Translations under genes and position numbers: made by a program
Notes under the pieces: model-generated
What the model was told of the DNA's origin: nothing
What the model saw: the letters and a program-made list of their open reading frames with translations, nothing else
Database searches by the model: none
In this document: piece by piece, positions 53,980-64,000 of the stretch
How positions within the stretch are numbered: the first letter of the stretch is position 1
Layout of the letters: the number at the start of each line of letters is the position of its first letter
NCBI GenBank assembly: GCA_003635185.1
Contig: PYJA01000119.1
Coordinates: 2,115 to 66,114, forward strand
Reading direction: 5' to 3'
DNA: 64,000 bases
Origin: Candidatus Poribacteria bacterium
GTDB taxonomy: Bacteria; Poribacteria; WGA-4E; WGA-3G

Positions 53980-55848
53980 TTAGTTCTCCTTTTCAGTATT
54001 ACCAGTAATTTGAGGGTTATCCATTTCTTCGTCAGCCTGCGAGGTAATTTGTGTCGATTCTAAAATATCTTTCTGAGCAAAGGCGCGCCTTTCATTTGAG
54101 AGATCAACGAGTTCCTTGAGTGTTTCAAGATCATCAACCCCTTCTGAGAGCGCGTTTGACCGGATACGCTGTTCAACATCTTGTAAAATAAAACTTTTCA
54201 GTTTCTTAAGACATCCCTTTATCCTTGCGTGGTGATTCGGAATGCTCGCTTTGTTGAGCAGTGCATTCGAGATAATGCTTTTCACGGTCTCATCCTCACA
54301 AGTATTCAGGATGTTTTGAATATCAACGTTTTCTTCGTCTTCGCTGATGTCCCAAAGCATTTGAACTATTTTTGCGAAGTGAGGATTTGTTAATTCTTGA
54401 TAATCCAATAGCGTTTTAATATCGGAAATCAGTTCTGGTGTTTGGATTAAAGATTGGACGAGTTGTAATTCAATTTGTTCACGCGGTGATAACTTTTTTG
54501 ATGTCGCCCTTCGGTTTGCAGCAGGACGCTGAGTCGGATTTTCTTTTAGTCCTAATTCTCGCAATTCCCGCCACAGTAATCCTTCGTCAATATCAAGTTC
54601 TTTAACAGCGTATCGGACATATTCTGTCCGTTCGACTCGGTTTTTGATATTCACAAGGATCGTGCTAATATCTTTGACAACTTGGGTTTTGACATCAGGA
54701 CGGCGGATATTCTTATCCTGAATTGCTGATTGAATTTGAAACTCAATTAGGTTAATTGCTTTGTCAATTAACTCGCTGAATGCATCAGCACCATTTTGCT
54801 TAACAAACGAATCTGGATCGTCACCTTTCGGCATAAGGGCAATACGCACACGGATATCTTCGCCGATGAGTCTATGCAGACCACGCTGCGCAGCTTGTAA
54901 ACCGGAAGCGTCACCATCAAAAACAATGACAACCTCAGGCGTATACCGTTTTAACAGTCTTGCATGTTCTTCGCTTAAAGATGTGCCAGACGCGGCTATT
55001 ACGTTCTCAATCCCGTGTTGATAGAGCATCAAAACATCCATATATCCTTCTACAAGAATAGTAGCCTGCTTTCGGGATATAGATTGCCTCGCTTTGTCAA
55101 GATTGAAAAGGATTCTGCTTTTGTCGTATAGAACGGTTGTGGGTGAATTTAGATATTTCGGTTGATGTTCATCGGATAACGCACGCCCACCAAAACCTAC
55201 AGGGACACCTCGAGCATTATAAATCGGAAATAGTATCCGATTCCAAAAACGGTCTTGAGGTCCCTGTTCTTCGTTCTTAATCAATCCTGCATCAACCATT
55301 TGCTGAACTGTCCACCCCTGATGCGTTGCTGCTTTCACCAAATCACGCCGTTGCGATTTTGCGTAACCGAGTTGGAAAAGTTGATTAGTTTGTGAAAGCA
55401 CACCGCGTTTTTTTAGATATTCGCGTGCTTGCTGACTATGCTGTCCAGTGCGAAGGAGTTCATGGTAGTATTTCACAGCAAATCTGTTAAGTTCACTTAA
55501 GTCGTTGATAAGTTTTTGTCGGGCACTGGATTTTGCATCTCGCGTTGGCAATGAGATATTCGCCCGTTCTGCAAGCCATTCAATCGCTTCCATGAAAGTC
55601 TTGCCTTCATGTTTTTGGAGGAAAGAGATGACATTACCCCCAGTTTGGCAACCGAAACAGTAGAAAATCTGTTTTTCTGGTGACACAGAAAAAGAAGGTG
55701 TCTTTTCTTCGTGAAATGGGCAGAGTGCTTGGTAATTCCGTCCCGCTTGTTTAAGGGCGACACCGCATTCAGATATCACGTCCACAATACTGTTTTGACT
55801 CTGAATTTCGTCAATTGTTTCGCGCGGAATATAGTGATTTGCTGCCAT
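53980..55848 (-). CDS. dnaG: DNA primase
   Basis: Zinc ribbon CPFHEEKTPSFSVSPEKQIFYCFGCQTGGNVISF, TOPRIM (EGYMDV, VIVFDGDASG), and a C-terminal helicase-binding region. Confidence 0.95.
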   Translation of the reverse strand: MAANHYIPRETIDEIQSQNSIVDVISECGVALKQAGRNYQALCPFHEEKTPSFSVSPEKQIFYCFGCQTGGNVISFLQKHEGKTFMEAIEWLAERANISLPTRDAKSSARQKLINDLSELNRFAVKYYHELLRTGQHSQQAREYLKKRGVLSQTNQLFQLGYAKSQRRDLVKAATHQGWTVQQMVDAGLIKNEEQGPQDRFWNRILFPIYNARGVPVGFGGRALSDEHQPKYLNSPTTVLYDKSRILFNLDKARQSISRKQATILVEGYMDVLMLYQHGIENVIAASGTSLSEEHARLLKRYTPEVVIVFDGDASGLQAAQRGLHRLIGEDIRVRIALMPKGDDPDSFVKQNGADAFSELIDKAINLIEFQIQSAIQDKNIRRPDVKTQVVKDISTILVNIKNRVERTEYVRYAVKELDIDEGLLWRELRELGLKENPTQRPAANRRATSKKLSPREQIELQLVQSLIQTPELISDIKTLLDYQELTNPHFAKIVQMLWDISEDEENVDIQNILNTCEDETVKSIISNALLNKASIPNHHARIKGCLKKLKSFILQDVEQRIRSNALSEGVDDLETLKELVDLSNERRAFAQKDILESTQITSQADEEMDNPQITGNTEKEN

Positions 55849-55903
55849 GGGGCACCTCCACTCTAAATCAATATCGGACTATTGCGGTGTGAAAACTATC
55901 GTC

Positions 55904-58369
55904 CTATTCCTTAAATTTAACAACTGTAACACCCTCTCCCCCTTCATTGGGGTGAGCGTATTGATAATTGGCGACGTGTGGATTCGCGTCTAATACCTTG
56001 TGAACTGCACTCCGTAATGCCCCAGTCCCTTTTCCGTGCAGAATCCTCACAGTTAATAAACCTGCAAGGTAGGCATCATCCAGATATTTGTCCGTAATGT
56101 CTAATCCTTCTTTAACAAGCATTCCGTGAATACAGAGTTCAGATTTAACTGAATTTGCTTTGCTATGCTGAATGTCTAAGACAGATGTTGAAAGATGCTG
56201 AGACTCTTTCTTTGAAAGCACTGAGTCGATATCATCGTGGGAAAGCTGCATCTGCATACTTCCGACCCGAATCTGTAGGGGTGTACTGCCCTGTTTAGTA
56301 ATTGCGGTGATCTCTCCAAATCGATTTAACTGCTTGATTCGTACTTTGTCACCAACATTGATGTTGAGTTTCACTTTTTTCGGTTGCTCTATGGGTGGGT
56401 CGGGTTTGAGTTGTTTTTTGGCGGTTTCGATTTTTGAAAAGGCATCGCGGATACTGGCTTTGGAGGCTTGTTCTCGACGAATGTCTGCAACTACACTGTC
56501 TACTGTTCGGCGGGCAGTGGCAACTATTTCAAGTGCTTCTTTTTCAGCGTTTTGGAGACGTGTTTGTTGTTCTGCCTCAAATGTTTCAATAAGCTCTCTA
56601 TGTTTCTGATACTCTGTTTCAGCGAGGCGGGTCTTTTCATGGAGTTGCTCGCGTTCTGTATCTAATTCCTGTTGCGTTTGTTGTAGTTGGATAAGTAGGT
56701 CTTCCACGGCGACATTATTGTTGCCTAAGCGAGTTTCCGCATCTGAAAGAATACGGGGAGGAAGTCCTAACTGTTCAGCAATTTTTATCGCATTACTACT
56801 ACCGGGAACACCTATTTTTAAGCGGTAAGTCGGTTGCAATGTGCTCCAATCAAATTCCATGGAAGCGTTTTCCATGTTATTCTGTGTGTGGGTATACGCC
56901 TTAAGCGCGCCATAATGGGTGGTAACGATTGTATTGACATTCCGTTCACTCAGCCAAGCTAAAATTGCCATACCGAGAGCAGTGCCTTCAGTCGGGTCAG
57001 TTCCTGCGCCAATTTCGTCTAATAGGACAAGCGAGTGTGAAGATTTAGAATCTTCAATTGATTTCAGCATCTCAGCAATTTTTGTGATGTGTGAGGAGAA
57101 AGTGCTAAGACTCTGCTCTATATTTTGGTCGTCGCCAATATCAGCAAAGACGCGATGGAAAATGGGAAGTTTGCTACCGGATGCTGCCGGAATATGTAAG
57201 CCAGATTGTGCCATCAAACACAATAATCCAACTGTTTTAAGCACAACAGTTTTTCCGCCGGTGTTCGGTCCCGTAATAACAAGTGTTTTGAAGTCTTTGC
57301 CAACACGGACATCTGTAGGAACAACTTTCGTTGGTAGTCTGTGTGTAATTTTTTGTTCTGAAGATTCTTCGGTTTTATCAAGTTCATCAGTTTTTTGTTT
57401 TTGGGATTGAATGTTGGCGCGGGTTTGGAATTCTAATAAAGGATGTCTTGCTTTTAACAGGTTCACTCTACCTCGCGTATTCAATTTAGGTTCAATTGCA
57501 TTCAGTTCAAAACTGAATTGGACTTTTGCACTTAAAAAGTCAAGTTCAGCGAGCAGCTCAAGCGCACATTCAAAATCAACAATACGTTCACGGAGGTGGT
57601 CTGTGAGTTCTAACAGAATCTTACGGATCTCACGATGCTCTGCTTCAACTGCTTCATGAAGTGCGTTGTTCATTTCAACTATTGCCAACGGTTCCATAAA
57701 ATACGTAGCACCGCTGGTAGATTGCCCCTGAACAACACCACTAAAAAATGCTTTGGCATCCTGTTTGATGGGTATCACATAACGGTTATTACGAGAAGTG
57801 ATAACCGATTCTTGGATCGATTTTTGGTGGTCTGGGGAACGGAGGATCGCTTCAAGTTTTTGATGAATATTCTCACGGATTTTGAAAAGTTTGCGGCGAA
57901 TCGCACGTAACTCGGAACTTGCGCGGTCTAAGACAGTCCCTTCCGGACTAATGCATGACCAAATGGATTCAACGATTTCGTCAAAGACAGGAAGTGACTC
58001 AATGATAGATAGCAGCCGCGGAAACTCATCACGATCCTGATTCTTGAATTTCTTTTTAATAGTCGAGGGGAGTTGTGCTACCTTTGCAATATTTAGGAAC
58101 TCATCCGGTTCTAAGATAGCGCCTGTTTTAGAAGCTTGCCGAAGTGTCTGACCAATATCCGTTAATCCATTTAATGGTATCTCGCCAAACTGCTGTTGAA
58201 AGATTTTCGCTTCAGAACACAACTTTTGTAAGTAATGAACTGTGTCAAGTGAATCAGAGGGAACAAGTTTGTCCACCCGCGCATTTCCTAACTCAGAAGC
58301 AGTGTGCCTTTTTAATAAGATTTTAAGTTTATCGTATTCTAATGCTTTCTCTACGTTAGGCAGCAACAT
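55904..58369 (-). CDS. mutS2: endonuclease MutS2 (MutS domain V plus C-terminal Smr)
   Basis: 821 aa. Walker A ITGPNTGGKTV, LLDEIGAGTDP, central coiled coil, and a C-terminal Smr domain (LRILHGKGTGALR). Confidence 0.9.
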   Translation of the reverse strand: MLLPNVEKALEYDKLKILLKRHTASELGNARVDKLVPSDSLDTVHYLQKLCSEAKIFQQQFGEIPLNGLTDIGQTLRQASKTGAILEPDEFLNIAKVAQLPSTIKKKFKNQDRDEFPRLLSIIESLPVFDEIVESIWSCISPEGTVLDRASSELRAIRRKLFKIRENIHQKLEAILRSPDHQKSIQESVITSRNNRYVIPIKQDAKAFFSGVVQGQSTSGATYFMEPLAIVEMNNALHEAVEAEHREIRKILLELTDHLRERIVDFECALELLAELDFLSAKVQFSFELNAIEPKLNTRGRVNLLKARHPLLEFQTRANIQSQKQKTDELDKTEESSEQKITHRLPTKVVPTDVRVGKDFKTLVITGPNTGGKTVVLKTVGLLCLMAQSGLHIPAASGSKLPIFHRVFADIGDDQNIEQSLSTFSSHITKIAEMLKSIEDSKSSHSLVLLDEIGAGTDPTEGTALGMAILAWLSERNVNTIVTTHYGALKAYTHTQNNMENASMEFDWSTLQPTYRLKIGVPGSSNAIKIAEQLGLPPRILSDAETRLGNNNVAVEDLLIQLQQTQQELDTEREQLHEKTRLAETEYQKHRELIETFEAEQQTRLQNAEKEALEIVATARRTVDSVVADIRREQASKASIRDAFSKIETAKKQLKPDPPIEQPKKVKLNINVGDKVRIKQLNRFGEITAITKQGSTPLQIRVGSMQMQLSHDDIDSVLSKKESQHLSTSVLDIQHSKANSVKSELCIHGMLVKEGLDITDKYLDDAYLAGLLTVRILHGKGTGALRSAVHKVLDANPHVANYQYAHPNEGGEGVTVVKFKE

Positions 58370-58425
58370 CGGTCTAACCTTCTTTTTATTGTATCAACAA
58401 GTCTATATTATAGAATTATCTCATA

Positions 58426-58580
58426 TAGTAGACTTTAGAATTAATTGGATATTATGTTCGGTTCGGTTAGGAAACCGAACCTACCACGGGTGTTGAGCAT
58501 CAAACTGTTAGTTTGTGTCCAATCTGCACAAACTAACAGTTTATGCTACAGAAGTGTCCCATTAATTATAGGTTTTACTA
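58426..58580 (+). mobile_element. IS630-derived MITE (155 bp), TA-flanked
   Basis: Ends tagtagactttagaattaattgg ... gtcccattaattataggttttacta. TA at 58424-25 and 58581-82. The interior is collinear with the reverse complement of 42241-42390. Confidence 0.8.
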
Positions 58581-58709
58581 TAAAGGAAAGCTGTGGATAT
58601 GAAAACCTCTCGCTACGATATAGGAGTTTTGTCAAATGAATATGAGATGTATTAAAATAGAAAGGAGAATATAAAGATTCTGCGATGCAAAAGCACCAAG
58701 TGCAACATG

Positions 58710-59726
58710 TTATCTCAAAGTGCGTTTGACATCTCCCCAAGTTGTAGTTAATTTATGTTTAGGTGCTACCGGAAGTATTTCATGCCTCCACCAAGAAATT
58801 CCAAAAATGCCCCCATCCACTTCAAACAACTGTTCAGCTTTGCCAGCAACAAGATCGTACAGGTAAAATGCCCCCCAGCGAGAGTAGATAATTGATTGAC
58901 CGTCGAATGACCAGTCTGTCCACATTCCGGTCTGCTTATCCACGTCAAACAGAGGAGTTATTACTCTCGTTTCAACATCAATTGTGTACATTGTATCGAA
59001 TTCTCTGTTCCATCTACGGAACAGGATTTTCTGCCCATCAGGCGACCAGACAGGATAGTAATCGATATTGAGTTCGGTTAATATTTCTATCTCTTTTGTT
59101 TCAAGATCTAAGAGATAGAGTTGTTCTAATCCACCTGGTCTTTCGAGCGAGAACGCAAGTCGTTTACTGTTCGGTGCCCAAGTGATTCCATAGAAAAAGA
59201 AGGTTCTTCCAAAGTGTGGTATAGCAGTCACCGCTTCCATTTCACCTGTCTCAATATCAAGAACCCAAATTTGGTTTTCTTGTTGCTGCTGTTCCCGTGT
59301 CCATCCGTTGAAAGCGAGTTTTTTTCCATTCGGTGAAACAGCCAAAAATCGATAGGTGCCGCTTATCTGTGTAATTTGTGTTTTCTTTCTGGGATTGTTA
59401 ATATCAATTGAAAAGATATGAGATTCGGCAGCGGCCAGCCGGATGAAGTAGAGCGTGTCACCTTTTGGTCCCCATGCCGGATACATGCCAGATTGATTTA
59501 AAGGGGTTGTCTTGAAGTCTCCATCTTCGGTGAAAGTTGTCATGTGAAGATTGTAATCTAATCTCCCCAGCTTTTGGTTAAATCCAGAGAGAGCATAAGC
59601 GATACGTCCCGTGGGCGCAGCCTCCACCGTGAAAGGTAGGCACAGAAGAACTAAAATTAATCCAAAACATAACCGTTTTCCTATTTCAACATTACAAACA
59701 CACAAGTGACGATTTTTATTTTTCAT
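58710..59726 (-). CDS. secreted PD40/TolB-like beta-propeller protein with C-terminal WG.VK tail
   Basis: The start is set at MKNKNRH (59726), overlapping the upstream TPR gene by 11 nt. Signal peptide (LILVLLCLPFTVEA). SPNGKKLAF / WSPDGQKILF PD40 motifs. Ends LPVAPKHKLTTTWGDVKRTLR. Confidence 0.7.
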   Translation of the reverse strand: MKNKNRHLCVCNVEIGKRLCFGLILVLLCLPFTVEAAPTGRIAYALSGFNQKLGRLDYNLHMTTFTEDGDFKTTPLNQSGMYPAWGPKGDTLYFIRLAAAESHIFSIDINNPRKKTQITQISGTYRFLAVSPNGKKLAFNGWTREQQQQENQIWVLDIETGEMEAVTAIPHFGRTFFFYGITWAPNSKRLAFSLERPGGLEQLYLLDLETKEIEILTELNIDYYPVWSPDGQKILFRRWNREFDTMYTIDVETRVITPLFDVDKQTGMWTDWSFDGQSIIYSRWGAFYLYDLVAGKAEQLFEVDGGIFGISWWRHEILPVAPKHKLTTTWGDVKRTLR

Positions 59727-60876
59727 TTGACACCCCGTTTTCAGTAATAGCGAGTCGATCATAATTCAGGACCGCTTTCTCATAAAGTTTGCTATTTAAG
59801 CCGTGCATATCAAATTCCACAACTCGGTTATAATTATCCAACGCAACACTTTGGGATCCAGATTTTTCAGACTTTCGTGCAGATTGCACATTGTTAATGA
59901 CCGTCGTTGCTGCTTCTTCAAAACGTCGAATACGTTTTCGGACATCCGATAACAACCCGCCACTGACATCTTTTTCCACCTTATACGCACGAATTACATC
60001 AGTATATGCCACAAGAGATTCAAAATATAGTTCTTCCGTTTCCTTACTTTCCGCCTTTGTGAGGTCTAAGGGATCTTCAATCATCGATGTAAGCAACTCT
60101 TTTGCCTCTTTAATTAAGTCTGAACTTTTCTGCTCAATTCCAGCATTAATCGTGTTTTGGAATTCGTCAATGATCTCCTTATAAGATGCCTGGGCACCTT
60201 CGATTGCATTCAATTTTTCATGGCAAAGTGCTTGATGAAATTTGGCACTGGTAAGAACAAATTGACGAATTTCTGGAGCCAGTTGAGGGGTAGTCGGAAA
60301 TGCCCGCGCCTCGTAAGCTGAAATCGCCTCAGCATAGTTACCTTCTTGTTCATAACAGTTGCCTATTGCTTTTTGTGCATACAAAGCGTAAATCTGATTT
60401 TCAGGTTGATGTGTTTCAACGACCTTTTCAAATTGTGCCCGTGCTTCCGGATATTTGCCTTGATAATAGAGGCTTTTAGCGAAATTATACCGTGCTTTGT
60501 TAGCCAAGGGTGTATTCGGATATTTCTCAAAAATTACCTGTAGTTTTTCTTCAGCATTTTGAAAGGTTACTTTTTCAGGTTTAGCTTCCTCTTCGCTGTT
60601 ATCTTCATCTTCACTCGGTGCTGAAACATCTAAAAAATTTGTTTCAGCTTCTTTATAAGTTTTAGTAGCATTAGCGAAATTTGCAGATGCTTCAGCGTAT
60701 ATTTTTTCCTGATTTTGCGTATAGACTAAATAACCGACTACGCCAACAATCATAATTGCAAGCGTTATACTGATGGTTATGACATTACTTTTCAGAAAAG
60801 TATAACACTGCAGAACTAATTCAATAAATTTATCTTCTTGGATTTCTTCTTTATTCAATCGCGTATTTTGTGCCAT
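59716..60876 (-). CDS. membrane-anchored TPR-repeat protein (YbgF/YfgM-like)
   Basis: 386 aa. One TM helix (ITISITLAIMIVGVVGYLVY) and TPR-like repeats (ARYNFAKSLYYQGKYPEARAQFEKVV; IGNCYEQEGNYAEAISAYE). Confidence 0.65.
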   Translation of the reverse strand: MAQNTRLNKEEIQEDKFIELVLQCYTFLKSNVITISITLAIMIVGVVGYLVYTQNQEKIYAEASANFANATKTYKEAETNFLDVSAPSEDEDNSEEEAKPEKVTFQNAEEKLQVIFEKYPNTPLANKARYNFAKSLYYQGKYPEARAQFEKVVETHQPENQIYALYAQKAIGNCYEQEGNYAEAISAYEARAFPTTPQLAPEIRQFVLTSAKFHQALCHEKLNAIEGAQASYKEIIDEFQNTINAGIEQKSSDLIKEAKELLTSMIEDPLDLTKAESKETEELYFESLVAYTDVIRAYKVEKDVSGGLLSDVRKRIRRFEEAATTVINNVQSARKSEKSGSQSVALDNYNRVVEFDMHGLNSKLYEKAVLNYDRLAITENGVSNEK

Positions 60877-60909
60877 GATTTCCTCGGTGTTTTATTCACA
60901 TTCAATTCA

Positions 60910-60981
60910 AGCGGGCGACGGGAATTGAACCCGCGACCCTCAGCTTGGGAAGCTGATGCTCTACCGCTGAGCTACACCCGC
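60910..60981 (-). tRNA. tRNA-Gly (anticodon CCC)
   Basis: The reverse complement GCGGGTG-TA-GCTC-AGCGGTA-GAGC-A-TCAGC-TTCCCAA-GCTGA-GGGTC-GCGGG-TTCAATT-CCCGT-CGCCCGC-T folds into a canonical cloverleaf. Anticodon CCC, discriminator U, no encoded CCA. Confidence 0.9.
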
Positions 60982-61064
60982 CCCTTATAGACAATTATAC
61001 CATATCTAATAGGGGTTGTCAAGATAAAGATGCAAAAGAAAACATAAATGGTTTAAGATAACGA

Positions 61065-61090
61065 AAGACGGGCAGTCTGTTACCCGTCTT
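61065..61090 (-). terminator. hairpin terminator downstream of the peroxiredoxin gene
   Basis: 8-bp stem aagacggg / cccgtctt, with a moderately T-rich tail on the minus strand. Confidence 0.45.
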
Positions 61091-61118
61091 TGTAGTCGTT
61101 ATGATGTCAAAATGTCGC

Positions 61119-61583
61119 TTACAGTTTGTCAAGTTCACTTAAAACTTGTTCTGCAGTCAGAGTATTGTCCGGCGGTGCATCTTCGACGTGTTTGAAAGCA
61201 ATCTTACCGGCTGCATCAATAATAAAAACGCCGCGTGTTGTTATGCCGACTTCTTCAAGTGCCATCCCATACTGTTTTGAAACTTCAAGATTCATATCCG
61301 AGAGCAGCGGAAAACCGATACCCCCAAGTGCTTCACTCCACGCTTTGTGTGCAAATTTTGAGTCGCGATTGATAGCAATCACATCCGCACCTTTTGCACG
61401 GATAGCGTCTAAGTTTTCATTAAAATCTGGAACTTGTTCTGAACACACAGGTGAAAAATCAAGCGGGTAAAATAGAAGGACCAGTTTTTTCCCTTCGAAA
61501 TCCGCCAACGTAACATCTGTATCTTCTTGATCTGTTGATCCTGATAAACTAAAATCTGGAGCAGCTTTTCCTATTTCTGCCAT
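61119..61583 (-). CDS. peroxiredoxin (AhpC/TSA family)
   Basis: 154 aa. KLVLLFYPLDFSPVCSEQV peroxidatic-Cys motif. GFPLLSD and TRGVFIID motifs. Confidence 0.85.
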   Translation of the reverse strand: MAEIGKAAPDFSLSGSTDQEDTDVTLADFEGKKLVLLFYPLDFSPVCSEQVPDFNENLDAIRAKGADVIAINRDSKFAHKAWSEALGGIGFPLLSDMNLEVSKQYGMALEEVGITTRGVFIIDAAGKIAFKHVEDAPPDNTLTAEQVLSELDKL

Positions 61584-61984
61584 TAAAAACCTCCTAAAAT
61601 AGTTTGTGAAATGCTAAATAATTTTCTTTATAAATGATACCACATATCAAAACAAAAACCAAATTAAAATTGGCAGAGGTTGAAGGAGATTGTGTCCAGT
61701 TTTCAGCGCTACACGTAGGGACAGGTCTTTCTGCCCAATCACCACCTTTTACCACATTTCCCCTTTCAACCACTGATAACGGATAGAATCTATCCTAACA
61801 GGAGGAACGATGTCCGATCTGTTCGAGCGTGAAGATATGAATTTTGTACACATTTCCGAAACCAGATTATGGTATAATAATTCAAGATTAGAAAAAGAAA
61901 GGTTTACCAATACCAACATCGTTCGGATTTTGCCACGATCAGCAAAGAACAACATCACCACATTCGGGTCTGAAGGAGCAATTT

Positions 61985-63688
61985 ATGTCAACTGACAGAA
62001 CATTCAAGTTTCATTCTACTGAAGGGGAGTTAGTGGTCTCCGCGATGCAGAATTGGCGTATTACTATTTTTGATGATGCAGCAGCTTCAGAAAAATATGC
62101 CGCCGAAGAATTCCAAAGATGGTTCAATCAAGCATCCCAGTTTACGTTACCACTTGAGACAGCCCAAGAAAGGACCAACCACAATGAAGGGCAGGTCAAT
62201 ATCAGCGCATCTGCGACAATGGATGAAGAGGAAATCCATATCACGGTTGAAAATAACCAAATTCAGGTCAGCGGAGGTTTACCGCGGGGTATCCTTTATG
62301 CGGTCCATCAATTTCTTGAGGAATTAGTAGGGTTCCGATTTTTAACTGCTGACCATACATATATTCCAAATGTGGGTGAGCTGAAAATACCTTGTGGTAA
62401 TTATACCTACAATCCACCGTTTTCATTCCGTTGGAGTTATTATCGTGAGAACTCGAATGTCCCAGAATTTGCTGCGAAACGCAAAGTCAACACTGTCACA
62501 GATGCTGAAAATCTCGGTGGAAAAACTGGTCAACAACTTATCAACCATTCGTTTCATGTGCTCGCCCCTTACGGCACATACGGCGAAAATCATCCAGAGT
62601 ATTACGCTTTAGTTGATGGCAAAAGAGACACCAATACCCACGGTGGTGGGCCGCAGTTGTGTGTTACCAACCCCGAAGTGATTGAGGTTGCTGCTGCGAC
62701 AGCAATTCAACGTCTCACCGATAATCCCAATGTTGCGAACATCAGTGTTAGCCAAGCAGATACAGCTGCATATTGCCGTTGCGAACGGTGCGAAGAACTA
62801 AACGCAGCGGAAGGAACACCGATGGGTTCACAGTTGACATTTGTCAACGCTGTGGCGGAACGTATTGAAAAAGTCCATCCAAACGTCAGAGTTGGCACAC
62901 TTGCATATTGGTATACGCGCAAACCACCCAAGACTGTTACGCCGCGGCACAATGTGCAAATTCAACTCTGTAGCATTGAATGTTGCACACTCCATGCTAT
63001 TGATAACCCCGATTGTGAACAGAATCAAGCATTTTGCGCGGATACAAACGAATGGGGGAAAATCTGTAATGACATCTGGATTTGGAATTACAATACCAAT
63101 TTTCGATCCTACGATTTGCCATTTCCAAATCTTCGAAGTATTGGGCCTAACGTCCGCTACTTTTTGCGGAACAATGCAAAGGGTGTTTTTATGCAGGCAA
63201 ATGGCAACGGGTTAACAGGTGAATTCTCTGATTTACGAAATTACTTAATTTCACGTCTCCTTTGGAATCCATATCTTGACGATCAGGCTATTTTAACCGA
63301 ATTTGTGGAACTTCATTACGGAACGGCTGCATCTGCTATCCTGGATTACATCAATTTTCTCCACGAAAATGTTGAAGCGAAAAACCGACACCCGCGATGT
63401 TTTCCGAGTCCAGCGGATGTCGGCTTAGACGCTGAGAGTGCCCAACGTGTGTTTGACTATTTCCAAGAAGCGTTAGCACTTGCTGCGAATTCAGAGATTC
63501 AAGCACGTGTTGAAAAAGCCTCTATTCCTGCTTACAAGGCGATGTTGGTAGCGGGCGGCGAAATTACATCGCAACGGCGGCGTGCTTTGATCGCTGAATA
63601 TATCGCTTTATGTAAACGCTACGGATTAACACACACAGCAGAAACGCAACCAGCTGAAGACTATTTTGAAGAGTTGCACAAGCAATAG
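61985..63688 (+). CDS. DUF4838-domain (GH20-like) protein
   Basis: 567 aa. HSFHVLAP...HPEYYAL, QLCVTNPEVIE, the ISVSQADTAAYCRCERC Cys cluster, and VGTLAYWYTRKPP are typical of DUF4838. GAAGGAG upstream. Confidence 0.65.
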   Translation: MSTDRTFKFHSTEGELVVSAMQNWRITIFDDAAASEKYAAEEFQRWFNQASQFTLPLETAQERTNHNEGQVNISASATMDEEEIHITVENNQIQVSGGLPRGILYAVHQFLEELVGFRFLTADHTYIPNVGELKIPCGNYTYNPPFSFRWSYYRENSNVPEFAAKRKVNTVTDAENLGGKTGQQLINHSFHVLAPYGTYGENHPEYYALVDGKRDTNTHGGGPQLCVTNPEVIEVAAATAIQRLTDNPNVANISVSQADTAAYCRCERCEELNAAEGTPMGSQLTFVNAVAERIEKVHPNVRVGTLAYWYTRKPPKTVTPRHNVQIQLCSIECCTLHAIDNPDCEQNQAFCADTNEWGKICNDIWIWNYNTNFRSYDLPFPNLRSIGPNVRYFLRNNAKGVFMQANGNGLTGEFSDLRNYLISRLLWNPYLDDQAILTEFVELHYGTAASAILDYINFLHENVEAKNRHPRCFPSPADVGLDAESAQRVFDYFQEALALAANSEIQARVEKASIPAYKAMLVAGGEITSQRRRALIAEYIALCKRYGLTHTAETQPAEDYFEELHKQ

Positions 63689-63799
63689 AGATAAGATAGC
63701 TACTATAACGTGAGTTCGGAAAAAAAGTAAGTATTTATGGTATAAAGAGAACCCCTTTAGTATAATGAAGTAATCCATACTTTATCAAGGAGTTCTCTA

Positions 63800-64000
63800 A
63801 TGACTATTGTATCACTTTTTTGTGAAATTGACGACTTTTTAATTGTGTATGAAAAATATAAAGCAGCGCATCAACTGCCCGCAAGCCAACGCCCTGAAAA
63901 GCGGGGACGCTCGCGCACTTTACATCCCAGTGAGGTGATGACGATCCTTATTCTTTTTCATCAAAGCGGATATCAAACATTGAAAGATTATTATGAAAAA
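63800..64000 (+). mobile_element. IS982-family transposase gene, 5' part (runs off the window)
   Basis: ATG 63800 lies after AAGGAG. My own translation MTIVSLFCEIDDFLIVYEKY...RTLHPSEVMTILILFHQSGYQTLKDYYEK matches the conserved IS982 N-terminus (LFC.IDDF ... SE..TI...FH.S.Y). It is absent from the ORF track because no stop occurs before the window end. Confidence 0.7.

Noticed and set aside
58710-60876. TPR protein plus propeller protein as a Tol-Pal (ybgF-tolB) locus.
   Set aside because: There are no tolQRA or pal genes. The propeller lacks the TolB N-terminal domain and carries the same C-terminal WG..K tail as the other accessory PD40 paralogues.
61810-61995. 61-aa ORF with a good AGGAGG-N5-ATG context, overlapping the DUF4838 start.
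   Set aside because: No family is recognised. It is in a different frame from DUF4838, and the DUF4838 N-terminus looks complete. It might be a real leader peptide or small protein, but I cannot support that from sequence alone.
1-64000. Search for an ABC ATPase, cas genes, a reverse transcriptase, restriction enzymes or other classical defence genes.
   Set aside because: None were seen in the six-frame track. The only Walker-A proteins are the DinG-like helicase and MutS2. Apart from the AbrB/PIN pair and the DUF5131/TcmP cassette, nothing defence-like could be supported.

Overview
This 64-kb window looks like it comes from an uncultivated bacterium. GC is moderate to low by eye. The gene content hints at a PVC/FCB-like lineage (many PD40/TolB-like propeller paralogues, a secreted prenyltransferase-repeat protein, a redoxin-cytochrome c fusion, a T9SS-like C-terminal domain), but this is inference only. 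I support about 50 protein genes, one tRNA-Gly(CCC), one compact IS630-family element, one partial IS982, and a very dense population of small hairpin or MITE-like intergenic repeats.

Housekeeping blocks: dnaG - truncated rpoD copy - rpoD, mutS2, a dinG-like helicase, an orphan trpA, yigZ, an MqnA/MqnD-family gene, peroxiredoxins.

Envelope and efflux blocks: three tandem MacB/FtsX-type permeases plus a very long adaptor at 1.9-10.2 kb, and TolC plus a second long adaptor at 18.9-22.2 kb. I saw no ABC ATPase anywhere in the window.

Main points of interest:
1. A DUF5131 (Gp37/Gp68, three-Cys) + TcmP-like two-gene cassette with its own consensus promoter sits between two near-identical permease paralogues.
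2. A five-member PD40 propeller family shares a short C-terminal DW(I/V)S...P..K.T..WG.LK tail.
3. MITEs have termini that match the resident IS630 element and carry TA duplications.
4. An AbrB/PIN toxin-antitoxin cassette is flanked by about 120-bp duplications of the trpA promoter and 5' end.
5. A sigma-2-only rpoD fragment lies between dnaG and rpoD.
6. A 979-aa membrane-spanning ECF sigma fusion protein.
7. A GcvH-like protein lacks the lipoyl lysine.
8. A roughly 355-nt hairpin-rich leader lies behind a perfect sigma-70 promoter.

All family assignments come from motif recognition by eye. No database search was run.
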